Below are positions 26,265-41,200 of a DNA stretch of 64,000 bases, in pieces. The DNA comes from Tubulanus polymorphus (lineage: Eukaryota > Animalia > Nemertea). Made by a program: the position numbers and the translations under genes. The stretch spans positions 7,254,001 through 7,318,000 of the forward strand of contig NC_134028.1 of the NCBI RefSeq assembly GCF_964204645.1, given 5' to 3'. The notes below the pieces were generated by a model, which saw only the letters and a list, made by a program, of their open reading frames with translations, was not told the origin of the DNA and ran no database searches. Position 1 is the stretch's first letter. Each line of letters starts with the position of its first letter.

Positions 26265-29200
26265 TTATATTTTCAACGGCTTTCGTTCTGAATCGGTCGG
26301 TTTGATAATCGCTAATATTTGACTGTCGGACAGATTCGGTTCTCTATGACTACCGAATCCTTTCTCTATATCGATATTTCCGGTCACGAGCGATTTAACT
26401 TCGTCTTTCTTCTTCTCTTCGGTCTTCTTCTTTTTCTTTTTCTTCTTTTTCTTGCCATCGTCTTCGTCGCTATCTTCCTCATCCTCGGACGAAGTTATCT
26501 CACCCATTACGTCGTCCCCGCCGGCCTCTTTCTTCTTATCCGGGTCGATTCCGAACAGTTGTTTCAAACGCTTTTTGATGAACTCGACCATTTCGTAATC
26601 GTTCGATTGGAGGTCGGTATTTTCCTTGACGACCGCGAACGCGTCTCCGATGATAGTCAAAAAGAACGTCATCAACCCGATGGACACCATGTTGACGAAC
26701 AAGACGAAGAATATCGGTCCGAAAACGGGCGACGTATCCTTCAACGCGTGGAAGTCGAAACTGCCGAGCGCGAACGAAAACAGACTCTCGATCGTCGTGA
26801 TGAAGGTGAAGTAATCGCTCAGATTTCGACCGAAAACGAAGTAGGCGAATTGGCTGAAGGCGAAGAAATAGATGAAGAACGCGACGCTGAATACTTTCAG
26901 CTCTTTAGCGGCGATGTTCACCGTGCTGCCGAGCATTCCCATTCGACGGTTAAATTTGAGGATCTTGATGAATTTGATCGTGCAGAAAAATACGAGGAAC
27001 GCTTCGACGTAGCCGTATATAGAATCGTATAGGGCGATCGTTTGGAAGTTGACGTAATCGGCTGGAACGCAATAGAATACTATAAATTACTCGGGATATG
27101 AGTCCATGGTTAATGTAGAATAGAATAATGTTATGACGAATCTTGGAGTAATCAACAGCTGGATCCAGTTCCATAGTTGTGGACCCAGTTCCACAGTCCT
27201 GTGTAAGGATTTGACTCAGAGTTTACTCATTGAAAATGAACTTATCTTAACTCGGAGTTAACTCAAATTCACAACTGTAGAACCGGGTCCTGAGTCAGAG
27301 TAAACTCTGAGTTAGAATTAGTATTTACAATGAGTTGAGAAAGAACTTAACTCTGATTACTCTAAGGACGAATTAAGGTACCGGTTCAGTGGGTTCAATT
27401 TTTCCTCATTCTGATTGGTCGAATAGCTCGAATAGCTCATGAACTCATTGAATGAGCCAATCAGAACTCGTATCCGGTTATTTTCCGAAATAATCTGAGA
27501 GACCATTTTCAGGTAATCATTTCACTGATCTTTTACTTCGATACCAGAAAAGATTCCCTACAATGATTTTTTATCGAGTACTTTTACCTGATCCGCTTTC
27601 GTGAAGCGCTTGGATAGCCAGGTGAGCGAGAACCTTCTTCATGGCGTACATCGCGATGCCGACGATCGAACCAATGATCGTGCCGAATTCCACTTTATTC
27701 CAGAAACTCTTGAAGTAAGTGAACCGTTCTTGTTTCAGTCGTTTCACTTCTCGGTATAAGAAATACAACACGAACAACAAAAACATAACTTCGAATAGGA
27801 TGACAATGATTCCGAATCCGCCCACGTAGCTGTATAGACGAAATATCTACAATGTAAGAATTGCGCAACAGTTTGCGTTAAATCTAATGTAAAACCTACA
27901 TAGTGGGATGGCTGATAAGGTCATCTGTTTTGGCGGGCGCGCCGGAAATTCAATATTTTTTTCGTTTTAGCGTTCTGATATTCTGGCATCATTTGCATAC
28001 CAGGAATTAAACGTTGTGGCCCAGTCACCATATACATATCTATTGAACCTAGAAATTATAGTTCTGTCTAGTTAGGAACTCATTTGGAAGTGAGATATGC
28101 ATTAGACTGAAATGCAGCACTAAGAATGTTGTGGAGGAGCCGTATATACGTGTCGTGGAGGAGCCGTATAGCCGGTGTCAAATCCGTACTCGTGAAGAAA
28201 AACAGTACTTTGAACTTTTAGCTAATCTTATTTAAAGTACGAGCTTTCGCTATTTCCTCATAGTAGCCTCATCAGGTAAATGAGTGATAAACCCCTGAAG
28301 AAGCTACTATGCACTAGTAGTGAAAGCTTGTACTTAAAAACAAAATGAGTTAACCTTCAAAGTACTATTTGTCTCCAAGATACTAACGTGGAAAACGTAT
28401 ACCTTCTAAAAGACCTACGAGGAAGTTACTTATCTAAACAAACAGATAATGACATTAAAATAGATGCCAATAGCGATGGACAAGATATCTGACAACGTGA
28501 GAAGCAACATTGATAAATCTGTTAAAAACTGGTCAGACTTCGATTCGAATCTGAAACAGACTCACCTTGTGTTCGGTTTTCAGCGCACAGCCACCGGTCG
28601 CCATGAACTCTGCCAATATCACGATCGAAGCGAATAGATTCACGTTCGCGTTGTACAGAGTGAACTCTACGAACACGGCCCGTGTTCCCGTATTAATCCA
28701 ATCCTGATCTTTCAATTTTGCCAGAATCTTTTCGGTTTTCTTTCTCGTGCGGGCAAAATTGACCACGTATCCGCCTCCCTTGTAGACTGCGTACTTGCCG
28801 ATGTATGGCGCGTTCTTCAGTCTAAGGCTGTTCTGGTATACCCAAGGGCTGGTCCGCTGGAACGAGGAGTGATTCAACTCAGTTAGATATTGAAAATTGT
28901 TCTCCTCGTCAGGAGGATCTATGAAAATGGACTGCCAAGAGGTTGTACGTAAGGAAAATCCAGTCTTGAAGGTATCCCATTACATGGAGCCACCTCTATT
29001 TTCAAAATAGCCCTAAAACGTATTTACTTTTATTTCTTTTTTTTCGATAGCAATAAATCTAATTTTCAGATGTTACCGATTTGTCTAGGTTAGTAGCGTT
29101 CTCTTCGTTGGGCGGTTTGATCCAACCAGGTAGATACGGCTGAGCGTCATCGTCCAACCAGCCATATTCATCACGACAATGCTTGATGAGTGGTTTCATC

Positions 29201-32200
29201 GATTTCGGTATAGTACACGTATCTAATGAAAAAAGAGGAATTATCGGAGATGGATTGCAACTCAACTAGCACGGTACGAAGTGGCATATGGTATTAGGGT
29301 GTCTATTCTGCATAAGTACAATTGATCAAACCTTGTTCGATCTGTTGCGGTAATCAGACTGATTACTCCAAGATTAAACAAATGTGAATTCTCAATCGAT
29401 AAAACATTTGACACCCGATGGAGATTCTTGACCACCCTCTATACCTCCCCTGCTATATTACGCTCCTGGGAATACATGTATGATGATATGATTCATCTTT
29501 ATGAAGATTTGATAGAATATTACATCATGATGATAATTTATGTGAATAGAAATTGAGAAAGTTAGCGAGCAACTACAAAGTAATGGTAAGTTATTAAAAT
29601 TCATAGAGGAGCCGTGTTAACCTGGTGTTGAGTCAGTAAAACGTACAGTACTTTATAGCTAAACTATAGTTGATTTGAGATACATTTTACTCTTGATTGC
29701 TTTTAGACTGAAATCTCGTTTCATTTTGGACTGAATTCTCCATCAGCTTTTCGTTCGAATCTACAAATATTATCGCTATTTTCTTGTCTACTTACTCTCT
29801 TTGATTCGTAGCTGTCTAAGTCTCCCCACTCCCACTCTTATCGACTGATAGTTGCCGTCGTTGATACAAAGTGCTTCCCTCCAATCCAAACGGCGTCCGT
29901 TATAATACGGAGGCGCATACAAATTCGGTAACAACGTTTTGTCGATGTATTTCCAAAGCGACGTATAATCTTTGACCTGGAAAAATGGACGAGAAAGAAA
30001 TGGCTTCATTCCGGGAATGACGTTTTGGTACTTTCATCAACAATGTCTGTAAACATCCATCTCCAATCTTTGTGATCATGGTCTACCTTTGATTTACTTA
30101 ATCACCCAATTATCAACCCGTTGACATTCTTCTTAAGATATCAATATCGGGAAAAATGTCGGAAGTGACTTACGATGAATTTATCGAAGAACAAAGTTTT
30201 AGCAGTGTCCCCCATCATAAATCCGCTCGCGCTTCGAGTTTGATAGGACAAGAAAAACAACGTCAATACGAATACGGCATACGACATCATTTCTTTCAGA
30301 ATTTCCTCCATTTTGATTTCCTTTATCCTCAATTCACGCGCTTCCTTGAGAGCCTCGAGATCGGGAGGTCGTAGGTCGTAAGCCGCCATCTTTCTTTGGA
30401 ATTGTATACCTGCGAGTATAGCACGTAATTTGAGTCGTAGTGTAACCGAACATTGGACATCTAAATGATTTCATGAATTGCTTAGAATAAAACAGCGCTT
30501 GGGACTACAATACCCATGAAATAACTTAATTAGTTAACTTGGTGTTAATCTGGTGTAGAATAAATACCACCTGACAGATAGTACTAGTTAACTAGTTTAT
30601 TCGAGGCACGAGCTTTCGCTACTAGAAAGTGCATAGTAGCTCCATCAGGTTAATGATGAGGCTACAATAATGCATTAATGGCAATTGGGTGTATTCACCT
30701 GATGAAGCTTCTATGCACTAGTAGCGAAAACTCGTACTTCAATATAGTTAACCTATAAAGTACTATCCGTCTCGTTGTATTTAGTTAACTTTTAAGAGCT
30801 AAAAGCCATTTTTTTCCTTTTACAAAATTTCATGGCAAAGAAATTGTTTAAAAGCAAGAATTCTGTGATTAATTTTGCCATACGTTCAATGTCGACTGGA
30901 TTTTGTCTAATCAACTCCTCGTCTGGACCCGGTAAATTCGACACTTCCTCGAATTGATCATCGTCGTCTAGTTCTGGTTTTCTCAGAATCATTGATATAA
31001 ACGCGGCCAACAACAGCACCTAAAACAAATAACGTACGCCAAGTAAATAAAAGTAAAGTAGCAGTGACATACGATACCGGCCCGGTAACACAGTTGGTGT
31101 GGGTTCAATAACTGCGCGATATCGTAATGTTCTTGGGCGGACAACTCATCACGCCTCGGACTCTAAAACGATTAAGAGTTTTAGAGTTCATGCCTCGCTC
31201 AATCAAGAGGTTTTGGGTCAGATTTCAAGAGCAGAATGATAAAATATCCACTAGGATATCATATTGTGGTTTCGAACCCTCTACAGTGGCATTGTTTTTT
31301 CAGGCAAGACATCTATCTTCATCGGTTTATGCACGAGGGCGATGGGTAACCGGCCTGACAGGGGACTCTCAAGCCCCGAGTAATAACTGAAAACACTGAT
31401 GCTACGAAAAAAACGTTGAAGACAATTCTTTGGTTTTTTTACACGTCCAGTTTTCTAAGAGGGTCATTTGTTCTGTCAAGTGCACACCGGGGTCAAAGTG
31501 TAATAGACCAGTTTTACTTAACTGAATCTATTGAAATAAACTAAAATCGATTCACATAAAAATCAAAATATATGTGAAACTATGGCAAAATATCATTCAG
31601 ACGCCTCTGGAGTCTTACTTTGATTGGTTGAATGACTATAACCGATTGGAAGAACGACAGGAGGAAAGTTGTCAACCATTCGTTCGATTTTTCGCGGCCC
31701 CATTGCATACTGTACAGGATCGTGAAAAATGCCGAAAGCATCACACTAAAAAAGCACACTGTTAACAGAAAAGATAAATATCAGTTAGTAAAGTAAGTCA
31801 TATTGTAGTATATTTCATTAATGTTAATGCAAACGAAAGTATGTAAGGACCCCAGAGTTACTTGGTTAATTCAACTTATAGGTTTAAAAATCAATACGGG
31901 TTATAGGCCTAACGTTCGTTACCGGAAATAGGCATCAGTTTTCGCGTCAGTCAACTACATTTCAATGAAAATCCGTCGGTTCAAGTTTCCAGTAAGCATT
32001 TCTCAAAAAATTGAGTAAAAGGTAAGTGCGTGTTTTTGAGAAAATGCTTTCTGGAAACGAACGTTAGGCCTATAACCCGTATTGATCTCCATCTAACTCA
32101 TTAGTCAAAAGCTGAACGAAAATACTGAAATCAGATTCAGTCCATATCGGAACATTCGACCAAGTTCTACGTACAGGTCCACGCGACATAAATACACCAG

Positions 32201-35200
32201 TACGGGAGCGTGAACGGCTTTTTCTTCTTTTTGACCAGGTTCTCTTGACCGTTTTCGGTATATTTCCCGGCGTTTGCCGGCTGCTGCAGGCCCAACAAAT
32301 TCCTGACGCTGTCCTTCAATTTCTCCGACTTCGCCTTGTTACCATCAGTCCACAACTTAGAATCCTTGTTGATCGCTTTCCAGTGGTATTTCGACGATTT
32401 CGACGATTGTTTCTGATTGGTTTGGATGATTCTGTTTTCTTTCGGTTTGCACTTTCTGAACAGCGTGACCAGAACAAGATTCGGCGGGAAGACTATCAGA
32501 GTGGTCATAACGCTGATGAATAACTGATGCAGAGTAAATTTGAACGGGCCAAGAGTTAACGAAGAAACCTGTTGAACCCGCTCTTCGCCCTGAATAAAGA
32601 CAAATCAAAACCTTGATTGGTTCCTTGATATTTTGATAAGAAAATGAACTACGTTTCAATTTTGTTATGCGAGTGTAGGTGGTGGGAGATTTTGGCCTTT
32701 TTTGCAACTGGTTCCGGAAGTGACCCACATCGCTTCGTTTAAGCATTGTTTAGTATCGAGTGAGTTGGGATTTGCGTGTGGACGTGCTCTTCAATTAGGC
32801 CCGGGTCAAATTTGAATCGGGTCTGCTCCGTGCCAATCTTGCCCGGGCTAAATCTTCTCCGTGTGATCGCGGCTTATGTACCAAGTAACTACTATCACGT
32901 TCCGTTATGATCTCTGTACTAATTATTTATGCAAAATATATCAAATCAAATCAAATTTCTCGTTACCTTGAAAAACATACAGTTCGAAATCATAGTCAGA
33001 AATAGTAAGGACATACAACAGCTAACCCTCTGAACTCGGGTGAAACTACTCTTAGTTGGTCGACTTAACACCGAAATCCACAGGTGGTCGTTTGTCAACT
33101 TCTTGCGGACGGACGACGAGAACAGGTGCCCGAAACTGGCGAGGTCGTTGAGTCCGGCTACGGGGATAATTCGTTCGACCATACCGTCGTCCTCTTCGAC
33201 CGCTAACCATCGATCACACAGGAAGAAAAATCTATAAGAAATTCAATCATCTTCTTCTTACCGAATGAGATCGTTTGATTTTCGGGGGTGTTTTCGTAGC
33301 TCATGAAGACTATATCACACAGAATACAAGTCATGTAAATGCCCATTTGTTAATCTACAGTGCCCACCATTCATATATCAAAGAGCCCCTCCCCAGGGAA
33401 ATGTCGATAGGCATTATTCATTCAATTTTCAAGGATTCTGACGGGCCGATACGGGTATGTTTGGGTCTATTGCCTCAAATCATTCGAACATTCATCCATC
33501 AAAGATCGATCATTCGAAACCTCGTAATACGTGTTCAATGCCAGTGTAACAGTCGTTAGTCTTTACCTTTCGCCTGTTTGCAAATCAGTGAATTCGATCT
33601 GATTCAAATACCACGAACGATGCTTTCCTTTGCCGGAGTTGTCGTGCCAGATTCGCAAGAACGTCAGTGGACCGAGCGACTGTTCAGAACTCAGTATGTA
33701 ATTCAGGATACTTCCACGAGCGAAATGCTGCAAATTTGTATATGCAAGAAAACGAATGTTCAAAACATCTAAATATCCAAATGAAAATGGTGAAGTTTAT
33801 AAAACCTATACTACAATGCAACTACATGACAATGACCATTCTGATATGTCCTTTCTAAAATTTCGTCCTCACGCTAGACCTAAGCAAGCGGTTCCATAGT
33901 GTAGTGGTTATCACGTCTGCTTTACACGCAGAAGGTCTCGGGTTCGAAACCCGATGGAACCTATGGCTGCCTTTTTTCTGCTGGCTTCACTGTATGCAGT
34001 CAAGCTAGAGACATTTATGACACATATTTGTCTTTTAAATTCCTTTAAAAACAATTCATTTGTCGCATTAGTGTTTTCATAAAACATTCTCTATCTAATG
34101 ATGATGAATTTCTAATAACGTTCGACAGCTATTAGCGTCAAATTGAATGTAGCTTCGCCGATACCACAGTTAAATTTAGCCCATTTTCAATTACCATTCA
34201 ACTACTCTCCAGAACAAATTTCGAAGCCCGATGGTATGATTTGATTCTCCTTTTAAGAAAATCGTTTAGTGATTTGAACTACAATATATCATGAAAATAT
34301 AGAAGTCAATCACCTTTCTCTTGCCATCAGCTAGTTTTCTTACACCAGTGTCTCCGTCGTCTCCTGATAGTATGAAACTGATTTTTGAAGATGTGCCCGA
34401 TTGTTTTCGGACTCCCGTATTCACCGTAATTTGGTAATAGTACCTATCTGTCGGTAGGTTATCTTCCAATGGTATCGCTCCCCACTTGTAAAAGAGAAAC
34501 GCAAAAATGACACAATATTCGTGAAAATGTGGTAAGCTGATATGATATATTTTCAATATGCCCAACTCTACGAAGTAATAGTATTTTTGTCCCTTATACT
34601 GGTCAGAAGAGTTTGGTATCTGCCCAAAAGTCTAGCGTACAGGCCTGTTCGTATTTTGGTAAGAGGTGTCCTTTTATTTGCGATATAAGAGGAGCAGATA
34701 GCTGAAGGACAGAGAGGAATGGAGGAAGTAAGTTTCAAGATGTCCTGTGGTGCCCAACCGGTCAACACGACTACGGGCTAGGTGAAGGGGAGCAGGTGCC
34801 TCGTACACGGGATAGTAATTAACAACGCAAATGTTTACGACCAGCGCGACGATATAACTTTCTTAGTAATTTCTTAGATTCATACCTTGATCAGATCACG
34901 TTTATCTTTATATCTGCACCAGATCAGTGCGATCAGATAGAGACCCAGAATTGAGATTACTGTTCCGAAGACCGCCGCGTTCTCGTTGAGATCTTTGAAC
35001 TTAGACCAAACCGTATTGAAGTCTATCGTGTTCGGCGGGACCACGCAATCTCCCCCAAACGGAGTCAGATGTGCAGATATGCACTCCATTTTTGTAGCCG
35101 TCGTTCGGTTGCCGAGCTATTGCATCAAAAGCAAAAGAAAAGACATGAAAACTAGTAACAATCACTGCGCAACTGGAATGAGGTGATGAAGGATGCATCG

Positions 35201-38200
35201 ACGACGGTGTCGTTAAGTCTAGGGATCGTTCATATTCGTCTGATCGCGACCCAATAATCAAGTACCGACGAAGAAATACTCACGACAACTCCATCAGAAT
35301 ACCATTCGCTATCGTTTTTATTGAAGTAAACGCACTTTAGCGTCACTAGCTGGTAGGAATTTGAATGAAGTCGTTCTTTTATAGGCATAATGACGTGCGC
35401 ACCTGTGCAATGTATAAATATGAACATTTTTTCGAACTCATTACGACTAATGTAAAATTCATCGTTAACAGTGCCTTTTCGCTTTTTGCTTAGCGGTAGT
35501 ACGTGTACATATATATCATGACAGGTTTGGACACAGACAAAATGAACTTATTTGATGTGGTCAGTATTACTTATGTCACAATATCATGTTCAAAAAAGTT
35601 TTTTGAGATCGCTTATTTAAGGTTTCAGGCTAAATTCATTTCATTCCTACGCAATCAAGTCTAAAGGCCAATTTTTTACTAAGAATCCTGACCATTGTAT
35701 TATTTATTTCAAGTGGATCTTAAAACCCCAAGAGGATAGGTCACGTTAAGTGACAGCCAACAAAATCAACCCGAATCAGTAAATTGCCGGTTCAGACTGC
35801 TTGGAAGATTGTTTGAATGAACCGGAACCGAAATTCGCAGTTATGTACTTCGATTTAAACAAAAACTTCTGTAAATTCGACCACCGATCAGACAACTATA
35901 TCTGTACTTCAATTTCCGATTTCAAAATCGAACCCCTGTTTCGCTCCCGGCAGGTGTGGTGGGTTTGTAAGGGACATCGAATCAAAACTAAGTCAAACGA
36001 AATATACCAATCAAATAATTGACGGGTCAATCCCCATTTTAAGATCGAAAAATATAGCTCACCTATGAGTTTGAAACCTATTCGATACATGCCGACCCGT
36101 TCGGCGGCAAACAGATTCCTGTATCTATAATAATCGGCCAGATCGGGAGGATCGGAGTCGAGCGCCACGGATTTCACCACAGGAGTTCTCGCACACTCGT
36201 CGTAGTTCGTATCGTTCGGAAATTCTTGACTCAGCTCCAGTCCCAGGTACAGGGCGCACACTTCGTAGATATCGTCGCTTGCGAGGGGTTTCATGTAGAA
36301 GAGAATAGTCGAGTTGGGTTGAGTAACGTTGACTTTGTGATACTTCCATTCCTTTTTCTGCACGGTCGTGTTGTACGTGTAATTCGAAAACTCCCGAGCG
36401 CCTTTAAACAATAGTTGAAGATATTCTTTCACATTTGTAGAAGTCAGAATGCTTTGTTAGAGGTAAAGATACTAAAATAGCGATTCAGAATGTAATCATG
36501 GTCTAATTAACGAGCGCTGATTCATCTTGATCAGTAATCATCGAGAAATAAATATATAACGATTGGGAAAGTAAAATTGAATATGAAGACACCGGAAAAT
36601 TGGTCAGATAGACAAGAATTATCGTTTAGAATACAATGAAAGGAAATAATTTCACTTTACTTGGCGAGCTATTTTCGATTGCCAATGTTGCCGGTTGACT
36701 CGAGACGCTCCCGTTAGCACTGATGACACTCAAATCGACAACAGGTGTCGACACGGTTGTGTTTCCTTTGGCCCACGAAAATGGGTTATTTTTCAGAATT
36801 ACCATCTACAAAAATGAAGCATGTTCGTTCAATGAAATATATTCATCATTGCAACATTGCGAGGTATTTTGTTTGGTATGGCATATTCATTTTTGTTCAT
36901 GATCCATACATACAATGATCGAGATTATACAGATACGATTACAGTGTATGGTTGTAAAGGATCCAATGCAAGCCAGCTGGCTGTAGTTAGAATAAAGGCA
37001 CTGGACCCTGTGCATGGTGCACATGGGTACACAGTGTGAGAACAAGGTAATCATAATGATGATGATGATAATAGAAATGATAAAAACAATAATACAGCAG
37101 ATTGACGCAGATCAGAAGGATCCCATGCGTCTATAGCTGCGATGATGGTAGTAAACTTTTCCGGCTATAAATTCTGCTACGAGAAAACACCCGATGTTTA
37201 TACTGTTCCTACATCCAACAATTGTAATGGCAGTGAAAAGCAAGAACAGTTACATGGAAAGTTGTGAGTGGAACAGCCACATGTATGCTTCGCCAAAAAG
37301 AGAGATCCAGTGAGAGGGTACCATGGGCTCACGAGCTTTTCTAAAACTGGACACGTACCGATGCTGAGGTGTCCGGTGATTCCATGTCCATCTGGAAACC
37401 TCCGCCATCCCCAGATGTCTCGGTTGATCCGTTAGTAGCGGAAGGTTTAACGAGCTTTACTTGCATATTCTCGGATTTGATATCGACATCACCACCGCCG
37501 TCGACTTGTTTCTTGGTCATTGTTCCAGCTATACTTGTAAGTCCATCTGTAACACCCGTTGTGACGGCTCTTTCCTTCAAGAACGAGAAAAAGCGATCGT
37601 ACGATGAAAACAAGATGGAACGCTGTACGAAAAAATATTCAGAATATAGTGTTGACTTTCCGGTAGGTTAAAGAAGAATACATGCCACGTAACCCCTATC
37701 TAGAATATCAAATCCATGAAAAGATTATTCCAGGGTGCCCCGGACATTCGGGATCGGAATCTGGATGTATAATTCGAAAAAAATTACAAACCGTTTCGAT
37801 GATTTTTTCTTCGTCCGCTTTGAGGTGGACCATCTTTTCGTCCAGTTCGTCTTTCAGGTCATCCGGATGCATATATACCAACGATTCGCGTAAATCTTCT
37901 TCCGGAAACACTAAACAGTAGGTTTCCTCCAACTGGAAAATGATACGTTACAAGAAAATGAAAAAACGTAACTTTCGAATATATGCACACGTTCTTACTG
38001 ATCTCAATAATGCGACCTCAATAAAGAACGAGAATATCAATAAGGGTGTATGCGACAAATAAGGAAAATACAGTTAATTTCCCTGTTTTCGGCTTAAATT
38101 TGAAGTAGGTGAAAACCTGTTTTCTTTGAATTGAAGCCACGGGAACCACTTAACCTCATTTTCAAGCCGGCTTAGAATTGGCGATTTCGGGTTATTATGT

Positions 38201-41200
38201 CATTGATTTGCACAAAACGGACACCGGTCTAATCAAATTCCCATCCTCGATGGCAAGCGTTTCCAAAAACCCAGCAACAGTGAGTTCCGGGAACTCATTT
38301 TGACATGGAATGTCGGAATCGAAGCCTTCGATAATTTCCCGTCTTTCTAATGGCCCAGTAGGATTTTCTGTGATGTAACAGAAAACTCTAGAATAGTATT
38401 GGTTTTGGATGTAGATGGGTTTTGAAATTCTGTTTCAACCTAAACAGTTAGTAACATTACCTGATCGGGACAAATTGTGCCTTCAAACATCGGTGGATCC
38501 TTTTCGTTTACGATCTTTTCCTTGTTTTTGTTTTTCAGCTGCTGGTTTTTCAGACCGCGTTCCTGCGCCAACGCGAGAGCATTTTTACTCGGAAGGATGT
38601 TACTAATCGCCGAAACTGTATCTAATACCGTAATAGATAAACGCAGAACTCAGAACTGTTGAATCAAGTACTGGTTATTTACTTCGGGACCATTTTTGAA
38701 TATGCAATTCTTACTTGAGGCGACGTTAGTCACTTCTTTCAACGGCACTGTGTCCATCACGTCGTTTTTACCCAGGATGCCTTTGATCGCATTTGCTGCG
38801 ACTTCCTGAAAAATGTTTCATAGAATCAGCCTCGTTACTTTCAACACGTATCTGTCGGATAAGATTTAAATAAAACATGATGAGAAGCTTCATGATTCAT
38901 TCTGTTTCTTCTGAAACGCTTTATCAATTTTAATATTTGAGAATTGTCTTCAAAGCGACGAATTCTGCGGCGGACAGTCAACGTCTATGATTAGTTGCTC
39001 AGAGCTACCTTCGATTGACGCGACCAGCATAAAGAGTTCGCTGGTCAGAGTCTCTTAAAGAATATGAAATGCCATAGCTCATGATGAAGGCGCGAAGCCT
39101 ATAGCGGGTTTTGGGGGACACAAGAAAATATTCTGAGCAATTGAGTGATTTTGAATCAAAATTACCATGTAATAATGTTATCTTGGCCAAAAGTAGAGGC
39201 CCCGGGCCCCTCTGAATTTGTCTCCAGGGGTTTAACATTGAGAAACATTTCGTATATTATCATCTTTGCTCGCACGTACCTTGTCTTCATCTCTAACCTG
39301 GTCAGGTTTAGCCGTTACCACAGAAACCGCCGAGGCTGTAGCGCCAACCTGAGGTAACGTGTTCACCATATCGACGCACCTGCCTAAACCTTGTATCATC
39401 TTTGATCTCACCTACGTAAAAGAATACCCACCATATCATCATTATTCAGTAGCTTAGCTTCTAAACTCCAGTCGGATGGCAGGGTGCCATCGTTTCGAAA
39501 ACGTTTCTTAACTTGTATTCAAATAGCTTCACCTCATTCCAATGATTCGGGCCACGTCCATATTTTTATTCATCATCCTCAACTATTTGTTTTTACACGG
39601 GCTGAGAGATATGTCAATTGATTTGTGTACTAAGAATATGACAGTGACCATATGGTTTATAATTCAATGGCCTCTGAACTGATTACCAAAGTAGTTGTTT
39701 TTGAGAGGAAACCACAAGACGTTGTTGTTATTTCATAGAAACTGAAGGTAGAATTATCTATAAGACTACTATCATTGCTTACATTTTTTTTCTTTTGTAG
39801 ACTTTCTTCGGACTCTTCTTCCTGGTAAAATTGATAAAGGAAATACAATATAGGTTAATGGTTCAGCATTTCGGCCAGAAAAATATTCGAATAACCTACC
39901 CCATCGTCTGAATTCAGTTGCTCTGCAACTTTACCGACGATCGTCAAGCAGGATTTCACATCGCCTCTATTCAACAAATCGTCTAGATTATCCACGTCAG
40001 AAAGCGATATTTCACCGGACCAAACCATCAGCGAAACGTCACCCATCGACTGACGGACATCTTTTCGAACCACCAGACGAAACACATACGGTTCTTCCAT
40101 CGGTACCAAATCCGCGGCCGAGAATTGAAGTATTTTCTCCGGACCGAAAAATCTCACATCGCTCTCGAATACGTTCGACTTGTCCCAAACGGTCAGGCTA
40201 TCGTTTTCGTGAACTTTCGCGGCGCCAGATTTCAATCCGTCGAGGTCTAGATTCGCGAAGGTTCCGAGTTCGCTTTCCTTGAAACAAAACATATCGAAAA
40301 CGGCTGAATCGATACGAGGTGGAAGAATATCCGGGTCGCCGGAATCGGTAAAATCGAGGCTGACTGTTTCGGTCCTTTTCACGTCGATTCTCTCAGAACC
40401 GTCATCGACTTTGAATACGGCTCGCAAAGTCGACGCTTTAATTGAAACGTCCAGGGACTCCGTAGAGAATTGCAGAGGACACGACGAACAAGAAGCCGTT
40501 ACTTGAACTGTGTAGAAACCGTACTGAAAAGCGTTCGGGGGAATAATCAACATCGGATCCGTATTACCATTTCCAACGCAGACTTCCGGTACCTGACGCT
40601 CGAAAATGGTGGCGTTTTCGATGATTAGTTTTTCGCTGGCTCTGAGTGCGTAGGTCACTCCGCCGAACGCGCCACATTCTATATCACTAGACGCCGAAAT
40701 CGCTAATTCAGCGGCGCGTTGGTTCTGTACGCTTCTCACCGATTCAACGGATCCGTTGAAAGCGACAGTTACGAGCGGTTTCGGACAGTCCGAGTCCTCA
40801 GCGGATACGACCACAAGTTGCGGACACATAAACGATGCCTTTTCGCCAAATACGTTACTAGCAGTTACCCGGACATCGAAATTACTTTCAGATTCATATT
40901 CATGAACAATCTCTATATGACCGGGCATTGCTAGATTGTGGATGATGATTTTTGTGTTGTTGAATGTAAAGATTTGGGGATTTTGATTTGAAACGTCGCG
41001 ACGTTTGCGCTTCGCTATATTAGAAATTGTGTTAGTTGCGGATGTCGTTGTAGAGGCTGCATTGATCGTAGTTGATGACGAGGAAGGTGCCGTATTTGTA
41101 GTAGAGGTCGTTATGGATTGCCGAGTCGTTTTAGATGTGCCGTTCGACAGGTCGTCGGAATTAGAGGCGTTAGCGGTATCTGGTGTAACTGTCGATGATG

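Noticed and set aside
26319-27032. 237 aa plus-strand ORF (also 41736-42467 and similar)
   Set aside because: Antisense shadows of polycystin exons.
31075-31390. Second SINE copy
   Set aside because: Only weak GGCAAGACA and ATGGGTAACC motifs are present, and the boundaries cannot be defined by eye.
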